This document shows, in pieces, positions 38,773-48,934 of a stretch of DNA of 64,000 nucleotides (position 1 is its first letter; each line of letters starts with the position of its first letter). The position numbers and the translations under genes were made by a program. The stretch covers positions 192,001-256,000 of the forward strand of contig JAZDNF010000001.1 in the NCBI GenBank assembly GCA_043800255.1, written 5' to 3'. The DNA is from Candidatus Altiarchaeota archaeon (GTDB lineage: Archaea; Altiarchaeota; Altiarchaeia; IMC4; SCGC-AAA252-I15). Below the pieces are notes generated by a model that searched no databases, was not told where the DNA came from, and saw only the letters and a list, made by a program, of their open reading frames with translations.

Positions 38773-39137
38773 ATGACTCAAACGGAGAGGGTGTTGTCGG
38801 AGAAGGGCAAGCTGCGGCTTCTATCCAACCCAGAAGGCAGCTTCCTCGAGCTGCAGGTGAAAGACTTCGAGGATTCCGGAGCGAAGACCCCCTAAAGAGG
38901 ATGGAAGAGCTCGTCGCAGACAAAGAATACCATCGGATGGCAGATGGAATATTCTACAACTTAGTAAGAAAAGGCTGCAAGATAGGAGACCAAGACCCGA
39001 CAACACAGAAGGCCACTGAGCTTGGGCTGAGCATCATAGACGCCTTCAGAGTTGAGCGGGGAGACACGCTCCTGGAGAGAATCCTGCCTGGAGAGCTTCT
39101 GAAGAAATCCCAAGAGAAGAAGTTGGCAAGTACCTGA
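38773..39137 (+). pseudogene. possibly one gene split by a frameshift in a C run
   Basis: ORF 38773-38895 stops right after ACCCCC; one extra base would run it into ORF 38901-39137. Confidence 0.35.
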
Positions 39138-39234
39138 GTGTGACCGAAGTCTAATAGGCAGGGAAAAACCGCTAGCATGCCCTCCTTCTCAAGTTAGGGC
39201 TTCCGGAATAGGTTAGCCCTGCTGAACATGACTT

Positions 39235-39501
39235 TCAAATTCCCCCCGGCTTCAAGCCGGCTTTGACAGCATTTTCGACGCTGGCATTATAATCTGCTGG
39301 CGTAACATGACGTTTGGGCTCGACCATCTCGGCCAGCGCGAAGGTGAATGTCCCAGAACCGCATCCTAGGTCCAAGATGCTATCCCCCTTCCCGATGTAA
39401 TCCCCGAAGATACTCCTCGGATTGTGCACCAGCCGCCGAAAAAAATTATCAAAGAGGATATGGTGAGGCCAACCGTAACTCTCAGCTGTCACGTTAAGCA
39501 C
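39235..39501 (-). pseudogene. internally deleted class I methyltransferase
   Basis: DN..RRLVHNP and ILDLGCGSG present, then a jump to a C-terminal-type EPK.HV segment; only 88 aa. Confidence 0.65.
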
Positions 39502-39504
39502 CAG

Positions 39505-39861
39505 TCAATGTAACTTGTCGATCCTGTTGGTTAGGCTCTGCGACAAAAATTTTCTAACGGCCTCGTCAACGGTTTTCTCCTCCGTCACAATTGCTAGTAT
39601 GTTATTCCTCATCAGGTCCTCGTATATCCGGCGGCCCATGCCGAAACTTATCACCGCGTCGCAGTCTCTTATGTTGTTTATCATAGTGGAATGATCGCAG
39701 CTTCCGCACTCGCCGGAGCTCTTCCCGCGGTTCTCTCTGTATTCCTCGCTGATGACTTTATCTTCCAGGATTTCGAAAACCTTGAAACCTAATGCCCTCC
39801 CAAAATGATGTGATATGCTGGTTCTGTCATCTGATGCTACGGCTACTTTCAAACGAATCAC
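39505..39861 (-). CDS. NifB/NifX-like (dinitrogenase FeMo-cofactor family) protein
   Basis: KVAVAS.D...IS.HFGRA..F.VFEI; DCDAVIS.GMG. Confidence 0.9.
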   Translation of the reverse strand: MIRLKVAVASDDRTSISHHFGRALGFKVFEILEDKVISEEYRENRGKSSGECGSCDHSTMINNIRDCDAVISFGMGRRIYEDLMRNNILAIVTEEKTVDEAVRKFLSQSLTNRIDKLH

Positions 39862-39865
39862 CTCG

Positions 39866-40165
39866 TCAATGTTTTTTTATCCGGAACGTCCCGCCTTCGA
39901 TTCTGACAGCTTTGCCGTTTACGATGGCATCGGAGATTCTTCTCCTCGCTGAGGTAACCAGACGATGGAATGTCGGCTGTGAAATGCCCATCCTCTTAGC
40001 ACACTTGTCCTGTTTCAGACCCAGACGGTCTTTAAGCCTCATAGCCTCGAACTCGTCGACGGTCAGCGTGGACTCCTCAAGGTCGACCAGCCTGATTCCC
40101 GCGGGCTTGAAGTAGGTTACGTCAGGTTCGCATTCAACCCGTCTGCAGAGTCTCGGGCGCGGCAT
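39866..40165 (-). CDS. DUF134/UPF0251 HTH DNA-binding protein
   Basis: MPRPR.CRRV..EP...YFKP.G, DEFEAMRL.D..GL.Q..CA.RMGISQPTF.R. Confidence 0.92.
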   Translation of the reverse strand: MPRPRLCRRVECEPDVTYFKPAGIRLVDLEESTLTVDEFEAMRLKDRLGLKQDKCAKRMGISQPTFHRLVTSARRRISDAIVNGKAVRIEGGTFRIKKH

Positions 40166-40178
40166 AGTGCTCCGTAAT

Positions 40179-40200
40179 ATTATGAATATATATTCATAAT
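40179..40200. promoter_or_regulatory. perfect 22-bp palindrome, candidate operator
   Basis: ATTATGAATATATATTCATAAT, 13 nt upstream of the DUF134 start. Confidence 0.6.
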
Positions 40201-40263
40201 TAGCCTATAAAAACAGAAGTTGATCTCATTCGCCGTATCAAGGACACGTACTAGGACAACCGA

Positions 40264-41415
40264 TCAGCCCAGCGGTATGCTTATCAGATTCCAGCCGAGC
40301 GTTAGTGGCACTGTCAGGGTCTGAGAGTCTGAGGGTATGAAGGCGTAGACCGTACTGCCGCCTGCGATGTAAATGATGCCGTCGGCAATGGCGGGGGATG
40401 TGCCCACACTGCCCGAGGTCGTATAGCTCCAGAGGAGCCCGCCGGTGCTTGCATTCAGCACATATACTATATCATCATTAGAGCCTGTGAAGACCATGCC
40501 GCCTGCGATGGCAGGGGAAGACTCCATCCAATCTCCTGTGGTGTAGTTCCATATGTGTTCGCCGGTGCTCGCATTCAAGGCGTAAGTCTTATTGTCCCGT
40601 GAGCCGACGTAGACCATGCCATATGCGACAGCTGGAGTGGATGATATACTCTCACCTGTGGTGTAGTTCCATATGTGTTCGCCGGTGCTGGCATTCAACG
40701 CATGGACTCTGAAGTCATGGGAGCTGAAGAAGACCCTGCCTTCGGAAACCGTAGGGGAAGAGTATACGGAGTTCCCAATACTATAGTTCCACATGTGTCC
40801 GCCGTCGCTGGCATTCAAAGCATAGACGGTAGGGCCTGTATTGCCTATGAAAAGGACGCCGTTAACAACGGCGGGCGGGGAAGTCACGCGCACCAAAGCA
40901 CTATAATTCCAAACATGCGTGCCAGTGGTAGCGTTCAAGGCATAGAGCTTGGAATTGTACCAGGAGCCCACATATACGAAACCGTTGGCAGCGGTGGGCG
41001 GGCCCATATCGTCCCCCACAGTATAATTCCAAAGCGCCTCGCCGGTGCTAGCATTCAAGGCAAAGGTTATATTATTTTCCGAGCTGGCGTAGACCACGCC
41101 GCCAACAACAGCGGGGGAAGCGTCAACAGAATCTCCTGCAGTATAATTCCAGACTTGCAACCCTGTGCCGGCATTCAACGCATAAAGTCTGTTATCATTG
41201 GAGCCTATGAAGACCACGCCGCCAACAACCGCCGGCGAAGAGCTGACCCAACCTCCAGTAGGATAACTCCAGCTTAATGCGAATGCCGTGGCATTAATCT
41301 GGTCGCCCGAATAGCCGGTGTGGTTCAAGTCGTGCATGAACATCGGCCAGTCGGAAGCGTAAACGGTGCCGGAGAACAAGAACAAAAGCCCTGCTAGAGC
41401 CGACCAAGCTCTCAT
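40264..41415 (-). CDS. secreted PQQ-like (BamB-type) beta-propeller protein with C-terminal GWNL motif
   Basis: Signal peptide; DWPMF.HD..HTG; about eight SSPAV..G.VY.GS.D..YALNA.TG..WNY repeats; ends LTLGWNLISIPLG. Confidence 0.9.
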   Translation of the reverse strand: MRAWSALAGLLFLFSGTVYASDWPMFMHDLNHTGYSGDQINATAFALSWSYPTGGWVSSSPAVVGGVVFIGSNDNRLYALNAGTGLQVWNYTAGDSVDASPAVVGGVVYASSENNITFALNASTGEALWNYTVGDDMGPPTAANGFVYVGSWYNSKLYALNATTGTHVWNYSALVRVTSPPAVVNGVLFIGNTGPTVYALNASDGGHMWNYSIGNSVYSSPTVSEGRVFFSSHDFRVHALNASTGEHIWNYTTGESISSTPAVAYGMVYVGSRDNKTYALNASTGEHIWNYTTGDWMESSPAIAGGMVFTGSNDDIVYVLNASTGGLLWSYTTSGSVGTSPAIADGIIYIAGGSTVYAFIPSDSQTLTVPLTLGWNLISIPLG

Positions 41416-41446
41416 AATTGAATATACGATACAGTATAAAAGAACA

Positions 41447-41881
41447 TCAGCCCAGCGGCATGCTGACGAGGTTCCAGCCTATTGTGAGGGAGATTCCGAG
41501 GTCAGTTGAGCTTGGGTTGTCGTATGCTGTTATGCCTCCTTCATACGACTCGAAGGCTCCCTCCGGGACTAGGTACACCTCTTGGCTGTCCTCCTCGCCA
41601 ATACCGCCTATCTCCTCAGAGTATATGTTAGCTTGCAGCCGGTATCCTCCTTCACTGTTGCTAACTGCTGATGTATGTGAGCTGGCTGTTATTCCCGCAT
41701 CGGTGCCGTTCTCACCTGTTTGTGCCGAACCAGTTGTCGGCGTTACGAGGTTGGCATCATACTCTGATTCACTGCCGAAGTAACCTGCTACTCTCTTAGC
41801 TATGCCAGTCTGCACGATAAGGGCGAGCGTGAGGGCTGTTATCAGCAGCAGGTATGCTTTCTCCTTCTTTCTGCTGTCCAT
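41447..41881 (-). CDS. small acidic secreted protein with C-terminal GWNL motif
   Basis: N-terminal hydrophobic signal; low-complexity body; ends LTIGWNLVSMPLG. Confidence 0.7.
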   Translation of the reverse strand: MDSRKKEKAYLLLITALTLALIVQTGIAKRVAGYFGSESEYDANLVTPTTGSAQTGENGTDAGITASSHTSAVSNSEGGYRLQANIYSEEIGGIGEEDSQEVYLVPEGAFESYEGGITAYDNPSSTDLGISLTIGWNLVSMPLG

Positions 41882-41884
41882 CGT

Positions 41885-43432
41885 TTATACGGTGAACATT
41901 ATTATGTCGCCCGCGGGGTTGTTGTCTCCGTAGGTTACGTCTGCGGCAGCGTATGCTGTCGAGTTCGTGTCAATCTCCACTTTGAGCCTATACCTAGTGT
42001 CCTCCCTCAGTTTCAGCTCTTTCGTCGCTCCCAGCGCGAAATTGAACACGCCGCTGCTTATCGAATTGTTGTAAGTGTTCTGCCACAGTTGTGTGCCGCT
42101 TGAGGACAGGACTGTAACCTGTATGCTACCGTTCTGGACTGCAGTCCCAGTTGCTGATTCAGTGAGCTTGCCCTGAACTGTCAGCACGACAGGCTGGGCA
42201 TTGTACATGCTGCTGTATATTCTGTGCGTTTCCCTGTTCGCCAGGCTGCTGACACCATAGTAGACATCGAGGTTGGATCCTGACAGGAGCGCGCCGAGGG
42301 CTATGTCCGACACCCCATCATCGTTGAGGTCGCCTGTCGAGTCAACAGCATAGTTAATCTGCGTATGGTCAAACGTAACATCGCTCGTTCCATCAAACGA
42401 CGAGCTTCCGTAGTATACGTACGCGTCGACTGCGGTCGATCCGACTGTCACAATCAGGTCGTCTATGCCGTCGCCGTTGACGTCTCCTCCGTTGGACAGG
42501 GCCTCCCCATAGTAGTTGTCCGAATGGTCGGATATTGTAAGGTCGCTTGTTCCGTCTAATGCCGTTCCTCCATAATAGACATAGACCAGCCCCGGGTTCC
42601 TTATGGTGGACGACCCTATGACGAGGTCGTCTGCGCTGTCGTCGTTGAGGTCGCCTCCGCATGCTATGGACTTCCCGAAGTATGATGTTGCCGTGTGGTC
42701 TGTGATGTTGACATCGCTTACGTTGTCAAATGATGAGCCGCCGTAGTAGACGTATGCTTTCTTGTCGTTGTAGGAGCCTACAGCGAGGTCGTCCGATCCA
42801 TCGGAATTTAGGTCGCAGCACGCCTGCGCCCAGCCGAAGTATCTTTCACTGACGTGCTCGTCTACTGTCACATCCACTGTAGAATCAAGTGTCGAATTCC
42901 CATAGTAGATGTACGTCTTGTTGTCGTAGAATGCTGCTCCAAGCGCTAAGTCCTTGTAACCATCGTTGTTGAGGTCGCATACTGATATGCTGTATATGTT
43001 GTTCGGTGCGGTAATGGTTAAGTCGCTTGCAGTGTCAAATTCTGGGTTTCCGAGATACACATACGTCCTGTTCGATGTTGATGCGACAACCGCAAGATCG
43101 TCTATGCCGTCGCCATTGAGGTCTCCGACCCCTACAGCGTATCCGAAGTACGCCTGGTCTGTGTGGTCTGATATGATAGCGTCTGAGCTGTTGTCAAAGT
43201 CGGCACCTCCGTAGTATACTAAGACGGTCCTGTTAGGATACGCCGCGCCAACTACCAGGTCTTTTATACCGTCGCCGTTCAAATCGCCTCTAGTGTTCAC
43301 CGACTCCGGGTCTGAAGCGAAGCCGCTCCGTCCGGGAGTTATTATGACATCCCGTGCGGGATCCAGTTGCAGGGCAATAACGCAAAAACCTGTTAGCAGA
43401 AGTCCGAGTGTAATAAGGAGTTCCTTTTTCAT
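41885..43432 (-). CDS. secreted FG-GAP/integrin-alpha-like beta-propeller protein
   Basis: About seven GDLNGDG.DDL.VGA...YVYYG repeats with FG motifs; C-terminal beta-sandwich. Confidence 0.92.
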   Translation of the reverse strand: MKKELLITLGLLLTGFCVIALQLDPARDVIITPGRSGFASDPESVNTRGDLNGDGIKDLVVGAAYPNRTVLVYYGGADFDNSSDAIISDHTDQAYFGYAVGVGDLNGDGIDDLAVVASTSNRTYVYLGNPEFDTASDLTITAPNNIYSISVCDLNNDGYKDLALGAAFYDNKTYIYYGNSTLDSTVDVTVDEHVSERYFGWAQACCDLNSDGSDDLAVGSYNDKKAYVYYGGSSFDNVSDVNITDHTATSYFGKSIACGGDLNDDSADDLVIGSSTIRNPGLVYVYYGGTALDGTSDLTISDHSDNYYGEALSNGGDVNGDGIDDLIVTVGSTAVDAYVYYGSSSFDGTSDVTFDHTQINYAVDSTGDLNDDGVSDIALGALLSGSNLDVYYGVSSLANRETHRIYSSMYNAQPVVLTVQGKLTESATGTAVQNGSIQVTVLSSSGTQLWQNTYNNSISSGVFNFALGATKELKLREDTRYRLKVEIDTNSTAYAAADVTYGDNNPAGDIIMFTV

Positions 43433-43577
43433 CTTGATTAGATATTGTTACCGCTATTTATATCATCTAATCCTCTCCTACTGACGTTCCTAGTTTGACT
43501 GGCTTTCTCAGACGAGCTGATAATCTCCCAGTACATACCTCGTATGTTCAAATCCATTCGGGGCTTTAAACTTTTTC

Positions 43578-46500
43578 CTAAAAAACTAATGGAATAGATA
43601 CCAAGTTCCAACCTATAACTAACGTAATGGTTGATGAAGTGGTAGTCGTTGACTCGCCATAAATTCCAATCGCATAAATCTTATTATCATCTGAACCGAT
43701 GTAAACAACACCGTTATAGACTGCGGGTGGAGCATATATGTTCCCCCCTGCCGTGTAATTCCATATGTGTTCTCCATCAGACGCATTCAGGGCATAAATA
43801 TTATTGCCCCCCGATCCGATATACACGACACCATTAGATACTGCAGGGGAGGATAATATGGAATTCCCCATTGTGTAATTCCATATGTGTGCTCTAGCGC
43901 TGACGTTCAACGCATAAAATCTAGTATCCCATGAGCCCACATATAAAATATCATTAACAACTGCGGGGGAAGAGGATATGTCATCACCGGTTGTGTAATT
44001 CCATATATGCTCACCGGTGGATGCGTTCAATGCGTAAACCTTGTCGTCATATGAACCAAGATATACTACTCCATTCAAAACTGCGGGAGACGAGTCTACC
44101 AGATGGCCTGTTGTGTAATTCCATATCAATGTTCCATCAGAGATATTTATGGCATAAACCTTATGATCTTGAGAACCAACGTACAGAACACCATTCGAAA
44201 TCGCAGGAGAAGAGTCTACTTCATTCCCCACAGTATAGTTCCACATATGCGCTCCACTGGAAGCATTCAAGGCATAAATATTATCGTCCCGTGAACCAAT
44301 GCATACAACATCACTAGCAACTGCTGGAGAAGAGAGTATCAGACCACCAGTTGTGTAGTTCCATATCTGTGCCCCGTTGGATGCATTCAAGGCGTAAGTT
44401 TTATTATCACTTGAACCGATGTAAACCACACCATTTGCAACCGCGGGGGAGGAATATACAGAGCCACCAGTTGTGTAATTCCATCTAAGCGCTCCATTAG
44501 AAGCATTAAATGCGTAGACCTTACTATCGCCTGAACCAATGTAAAGTGTACCATTTACAACAGCAGGGGAAGATCGTACAATACCGCCAGTCGTATAATT
44601 CCAAAGCAGTGTTCTATTCAGGACTACGGGGCTCGTTGTATACCCACTGTGGTTCAGATCATGCCTGAACATCGACCAGTCGTCAATTGCGACTGTAGTA
44701 GTGGTTGTAGTAGTTGTTGTGGTTGTCGAGGTGGTCGTCGTAGTTGTAGTAGTGGTGGTAGTAGTTGTTGTCGTTGTTGTGATTCCAGAACTGAAACAAT
44801 AGACCTTATTGTCGTTAGAGCCCACGACTACCATACCTCCTGCAACAGAAGGCGATGAGTATATAAGCCCACTGGTAGTGTAGTTCCAAATGTGAATTCC
44901 GTTACTTGAATTCAATGCATAAAAACTGTAATCCTCAGAGCCTATCAATACAAGATTATCAACAACTGCTGGCGAAGAAAACACTTCGTATAATGTAGTG
45001 TAATTCCAAATTTCCTGGCCAGAACTAATATTGAGTGCATAGACCTTATTATCATATGATCCTACAAAGACTCTATCACCATAGATGGCTGGCGAAGAGG
45101 ATATATAATTCCTAGTAGTATAGTTCCACAAGTGTTCGCCAGTGCTTGCATTAAGAGCATAAGTCTTGTTGTTCGTGGAGCCAACAAAGACCATTCCATT
45201 AGAAACTGCTGGTGAGGAGTATATGTCTGCTCCGGTACTGTAATTCCAAATCTTAGCGCCGTTGCTGGCATTCAATGCATACACATTGTCATCATATGAC
45301 CCAAAAAAAACCACATTGTTTACCACAGCAGGCGACGAATATATAAAATTTCCAGTACTATAGTTCCAGATTTTTGAGCCATTGCTCACATTCAAGGCAT
45401 ACATGTTACCGTCTCTGGAGCCGAAGAAGACCTCATTGTTTACCACAGCAGGCGATGAGAATACGCTATCACCTGTACTATAGCTCCACATAATTGCACC
45501 ATTGCTGGCATTTATTGCATACGTCCTATTATCCCAGGAACCAACAAAGACTATACCGCCATAGACTGTGGGCGAAGAGAATACATTATCGCCTGTGGTA
45601 AAATTCCAGATTTCTTGGCCAGTACTAATATTGAGTGCATAGACCTTATGGTCATATGATCCCACAAAGACCACTCCGTTTGACACTGTAGGTGAAGAGT
45701 ATACGTCGTCCCCAGTAGTATAGCTCCAGTTGAGAGTCAATCCGCTTGCATTAAACTGGCTTGTTGAATATCCCGTATGGCTCAAATCAGCACGAAACAT
45801 CGGCCAAGCATTGTCATGGCTTACATAAACCACGCCCGCAGAATAATTTCTTACAGTAGTCAAACCGTCATAAACTTCACACCACAGGTAATATGATCTC
45901 CCACCTGACCAGAGACTTGTATCGCAAGTCTCATTTCCATCGTTTGCTGTATTTTCAAAGCATTTGTAAGTTTGGTCGAAGCTTGAATTGTCCTCATCAG
46001 CATAGCAACTTACCCTCAGCGTCTGTACATCAGGGTCTGATGCATTCCAACTCGCTTGAAATGACGAGTCAGATGTCATATTGCTAAAGTTGGGCTGTGA
46101 TATCCCGATTGTCGGAATTTCGTTCGGCCCGAACGCGTATAGTTTGCGGTCGCTGTCCATAGATCCGAAGAAGAGCATACCATTTGCTATCGCCGGGGAG
46201 GAGAGTATTCGTCCTCCTGTGGTGTAGTTCCAGACTAATGCTCCTGTAGTGGCATTTAGCCCATAGGTTGTGTTATCCTCTGAGCCGACAAATACAACGC
46301 CGCTCGCTACGGCGGGGGATGAATAGTATATGTTATCTCTTGCCGTGTAATTCCATATGTGCGCTCCGGTAGATGCATTTAGTGCGTATATTTTATCATC
46401 CTCTGAGCCGACATAAATCATGCCGTAGGCGACGGCAGGTGATGAGGATACATCATATCCTGTTGTGTAGTTCCATACCTGCGCTCCAGAGGTCATATTG

Positions 46501-47243
46501 AATGCATACACGTTGAAATCGTTTCCTCCGAAGTATACCAAACCATTTGAAACCGCTGGCGATGATACGATCCCACCATTAATTCCTGATGAGAAGTTCC
46601 ACACATGAGCGCCTGTGCTCAAATCCAATGAGTAGAATCTCTTGCCCAACTCCGAACCTATGAAGACCATACCCCCAGATAAAGCAGGAGATGATGCTAT
46701 CCTACCCTCTGTGGTGTAGTTCCATATCTGGGTGCCATTGTTGATCCATAATGAGTATGTGATGTTATCATATGATCCAATATAAAGTCTGCCATCTGAA
46801 ACGGTTGGTGAGGACCATATTGAACTTCCTGTCGTGTAATTCCATATCTGCTCCCCTGTGCTTGAGTTGATGGCGAATATTAGGCCGTTTCCTGAACCAA
46901 CATATACTACCTGTGTTGTGACAGTCGGTGATGATACGATGCCTGATCCAAGGCTGGCATTCCACATCTGCCTCCCACTGGTTTCGTTGAGTGCGTATAG
47001 TTTACTGTCTTGTGAGCCGAAGTAGACAACCCCGTTCAATATCGCTGGTGAGGCGAATATGCCATCCCCTGCAGTATAAGTCCACTTTAAAGCTAAACTG
47101 CTGACATTAACAGTGGTTTCTGTCGTATATCCTGTGTGCTCTAAGTCATGGCGGAACATCTGCCAGTCTGCGGCAGAAGCCAATCCAGAGTATGAGAGCA
47201 ATAATGCTAGGGTGAAAACGGTTTTACAACTCATGTTAGGCAA
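43578..47243 (-). CDS. large secreted protein with three PQQ-like beta-propellers, poly-Thr linker and C-terminal GWNL motif
   Basis: Three W.MFR.DL.H.GY propeller starts; 40-aa repeats; ends LVIGWNLVSIPLVF. Confidence 0.92.
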   Translation of the reverse strand: MPNMSCKTVFTLALLLSYSGLASAADWQMFRHDLEHTGYTTETTVNVSSLALKWTYTAGDGIFASPAILNGVVYFGSQDSKLYALNETSGRQMWNASLGSGIVSSPTVTTQVVYVGSGNGLIFAINSSTGEQIWNYTTGSSIWSSPTVSDGRLYIGSYDNITYSLWINNGTQIWNYTTEGRIASSPALSGGMVFIGSELGKRFYSLDLSTGAHVWNFSSGINGGIVSSPAVSNGLVYFGGNDFNVYAFNMTSGAQVWNYTTGYDVSSSPAVAYGMIYVGSEDDKIYALNASTGAHIWNYTARDNIYYSSPAVASGVVFVGSEDNTTYGLNATTGALVWNYTTGGRILSSPAIANGMLFFGSMDSDRKLYAFGPNEIPTIGISQPNFSNMTSDSSFQASWNASDPDVQTLRVSCYADEDNSSFDQTYKCFENTANDGNETCDTSLWSGGRSYYLWCEVYDGLTTVRNYSAGVVYVSHDNAWPMFRADLSHTGYSTSQFNASGLTLNWSYTTGDDVYSSPTVSNGVVFVGSYDHKVYALNISTGQEIWNFTTGDNVFSSPTVYGGIVFVGSWDNRTYAINASNGAIMWSYSTGDSVFSSPAVVNNEVFFGSRDGNMYALNVSNGSKIWNYSTGNFIYSSPAVVNNVVFFGSYDDNVYALNASNGAKIWNYSTGADIYSSPAVSNGMVFVGSTNNKTYALNASTGEHLWNYTTRNYISSSPAIYGDRVFVGSYDNKVYALNISSGQEIWNYTTLYEVFSSPAVVDNLVLIGSEDYSFYALNSSNGIHIWNYTTSGLIYSSPSVAGGMVVVGSNDNKVYCFSSGITTTTTTTTTTTTTTTTTSTTTTTTTTTTTVAIDDWSMFRHDLNHSGYTTSPVVLNRTLLWNYTTGGIVRSSPAVVNGTLYIGSGDSKVYAFNASNGALRWNYTTGGSVYSSPAVANGVVYIGSSDNKTYALNASNGAQIWNYTTGGLILSSPAVASDVVCIGSRDDNIYALNASSGAHMWNYTVGNEVDSSPAISNGVLYVGSQDHKVYAINISDGTLIWNYTTGHLVDSSPAVLNGVVYLGSYDDKVYALNASTGEHIWNYTTGDDISSSPAVVNDILYVGSWDTRFYALNVSARAHIWNYTMGNSILSSPAVSNGVVYIGSGGNNIYALNASDGEHIWNYTAGGNIYAPPAVYNGVVYIGSDDNKIYAIGIYGESTTTTSSTITLVIGWNLVSIPLVF
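44690..44782 (-). repeat. Thr-codon low-complexity tract (poly-Thr linker)
   Basis: (ACN)n run encoding about 30 Thr. Confidence 0.85.
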
Positions 47244-47343
47244 TTAACAATGTGAACGGCATTAAAAATCAGCCAACATCCAGCTATATGGCAAAGGGTG
47301 GGGCGCAGCAGCGTCTTTATTGCGCCCTATCCTATACTATCAT

Positions 47344-48678
47344 ATGCTGAGGAGGGCCAAGCACTTGAAGCCTGTCAAGGAGGCTGTGAAAGAGCTGGCA
47401 GACGATGAAATTCTGAAGAGCACAGACCTTCCTAAGGTAAGAGACGCCCGCAGGATGCTTGAACTCGAGCTGGACATAAACGCAGCAGGCCTGATTGAAG
47501 TCATAGGAGAGCACCCTGACAGGGCGTTGAGAAAATACTTCCATCAGGTGAAGAACAAGTGCGAGAAACAGCACAGGGGGGTTGAGGGTGCGGATGGGCT
47601 GGTGACTGAGAAGTTGATGCTTGGCACCCTGAAGGTTGCGTCCAAGATAGCGCGGGACCAGGGTAAGGATGTGAAAGAAATGCTCTCTGATCAGGGAGTA
47701 GGGGGTCATGTAATCAACGTTAACGAGGTCCTCAAGTTCATAGAACAGAGCATAAACGCTCCTGTCAGGGTCAAAACCGGCGACGAAGAAGAGAATCTGA
47801 TGACAGCAAACGATCTAATCCTCGGCCACATGCTAAATCACAAGAAGACATATGCCGTAAGGAAGGACAGGAACGGATACTATCTGGAGGAGAACTCCAT
47901 TCGCGAGACGATGTACGATAAAGCCCTCAAAAGGCTTACCTTAGAGAGGGACGCCAGCGCGTTAGGCATGTTCGAAGAGCACGTCAACGAGAGGATAAAG
48001 GAGTCGAGGGCCGCTGAACTGGACAGTTCAACTGATGAGTTTGTCCTGGGATTGCTGAAAGAGGCGAGAAAGAATTTCAGCCAACTCAGGGGAGACGACA
48101 TAGGCTACATGAAGAAGGTGCTTGAGAAGAACGTCCTAGAGAGGATGGCGCAGGTCAGCACAGACAAGAAGGGCAACTACCACGGGCTGCTGACATCCGA
48201 CTTGGGCAGGGAAGGCGGCGTCATCAACAACGCAGTATTAGCGATTGCGAAGGTGATGCCACCTGTTTTCGTGTTCACATACGACTGGGAGAAGAACATG
48301 ATGGAACTGAACGTGACAGACGGCAAGAGGCTGGCGAAGCCGTTCGGATACGTGCTAAACCCGACGGTCAGGGATACGCTGCTAAGGGAGTCGAATAAGG
48401 CCGGCATTGACATCATCAAGGCTGAAGGAGGGGACGTCGAGATTGGAGTCGCATCCGCAGGCATCATAGGCGTGGGAGTGTACAAGAGATTCGAAGGATA
48501 TGAGAACATAACCTGGCTGCCGGAGCCTGAAGAGGCCGTCAGGTTAACTCTTGCAGGCATACTCTCAGACCAGGAGTCCGCCAAGAGGAAGAAGCTAGTG
48601 TTCATGCTCGCGAACGGTAACGTCACATCGTGCAACGTGGGCGACATCATCAAGAACATAGACCAGAGGAACAACTAA
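47344..48678 (+). CDS. hypothetical protein
   Basis: Long ORF with genome-typical codon use; no recognised motif; ATG at 47344. Confidence 0.7.
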   Translation: MLRRAKHLKPVKEAVKELADDEILKSTDLPKVRDARRMLELELDINAAGLIEVIGEHPDRALRKYFHQVKNKCEKQHRGVEGADGLVTEKLMLGTLKVASKIARDQGKDVKEMLSDQGVGGHVINVNEVLKFIEQSINAPVRVKTGDEEENLMTANDLILGHMLNHKKTYAVRKDRNGYYLEENSIRETMYDKALKRLTLERDASALGMFEEHVNERIKESRAAELDSSTDEFVLGLLKEARKNFSQLRGDDIGYMKKVLEKNVLERMAQVSTDKKGNYHGLLTSDLGREGGVINNAVLAIAKVMPPVFVFTYDWEKNMMELNVTDGKRLAKPFGYVLNPTVRDTLLRESNKAGIDIIKAEGGDVEIGVASAGIIGVGVYKRFEGYENITWLPEPEEAVRLTLAGILSDQESAKRKKLVFMLANGNVTSCNVGDIIKNIDQRNN

Positions 48679-48687
48679 TCAGAGACG

Positions 48688-48927
48688 ATGAAAGAAGAAA
48701 TCAAGTTCCTGTTCTGCCCAAACTGTCTGAGCAGGAACGTCGGCTGGAACCTGTCCAAGGAATCCTACGCAGGAGGGAGGATATTCAACGAGAAAACCTG
48801 CAAAGCCTGCGGATTCAAAAGCCTGCTGTTCCCTGAGGTCACGGCGGAAGAATACACGAAAATCAAGCAGATGAAGGCTGCAGAAGAGGCAGACGCCGAG
48901 AAGCCGCACGCTATTCCCCCTGAATAG
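48688..48927 (+). CDS. small zinc-ribbon protein
   Basis: CPNC...CKACG. Confidence 0.7.
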   Translation: MKEEIKFLFCPNCLSRNVGWNLSKESYAGGRIFNEKTCKACGFKSLLFPEVTAEEYTKIKQMKAAEEADAEKPHAIPPE

Positions 48928-48934
48928 TGCCGGA

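Noticed and set aside
39505-39861. Nitrogen fixation inferred from the NifX-like and NifV-like genes
   Set aside because: No nifH/D/K in the window; both families are widespread in non-diazotrophs.
43578-47243. 120-bp periodic DNA repeats as a CRISPR array or DGR template/variable repeats
   Set aside because: They are in-frame propeller blades with synonymous divergence; there are no spacers, cas genes or reverse transcriptase in the window.
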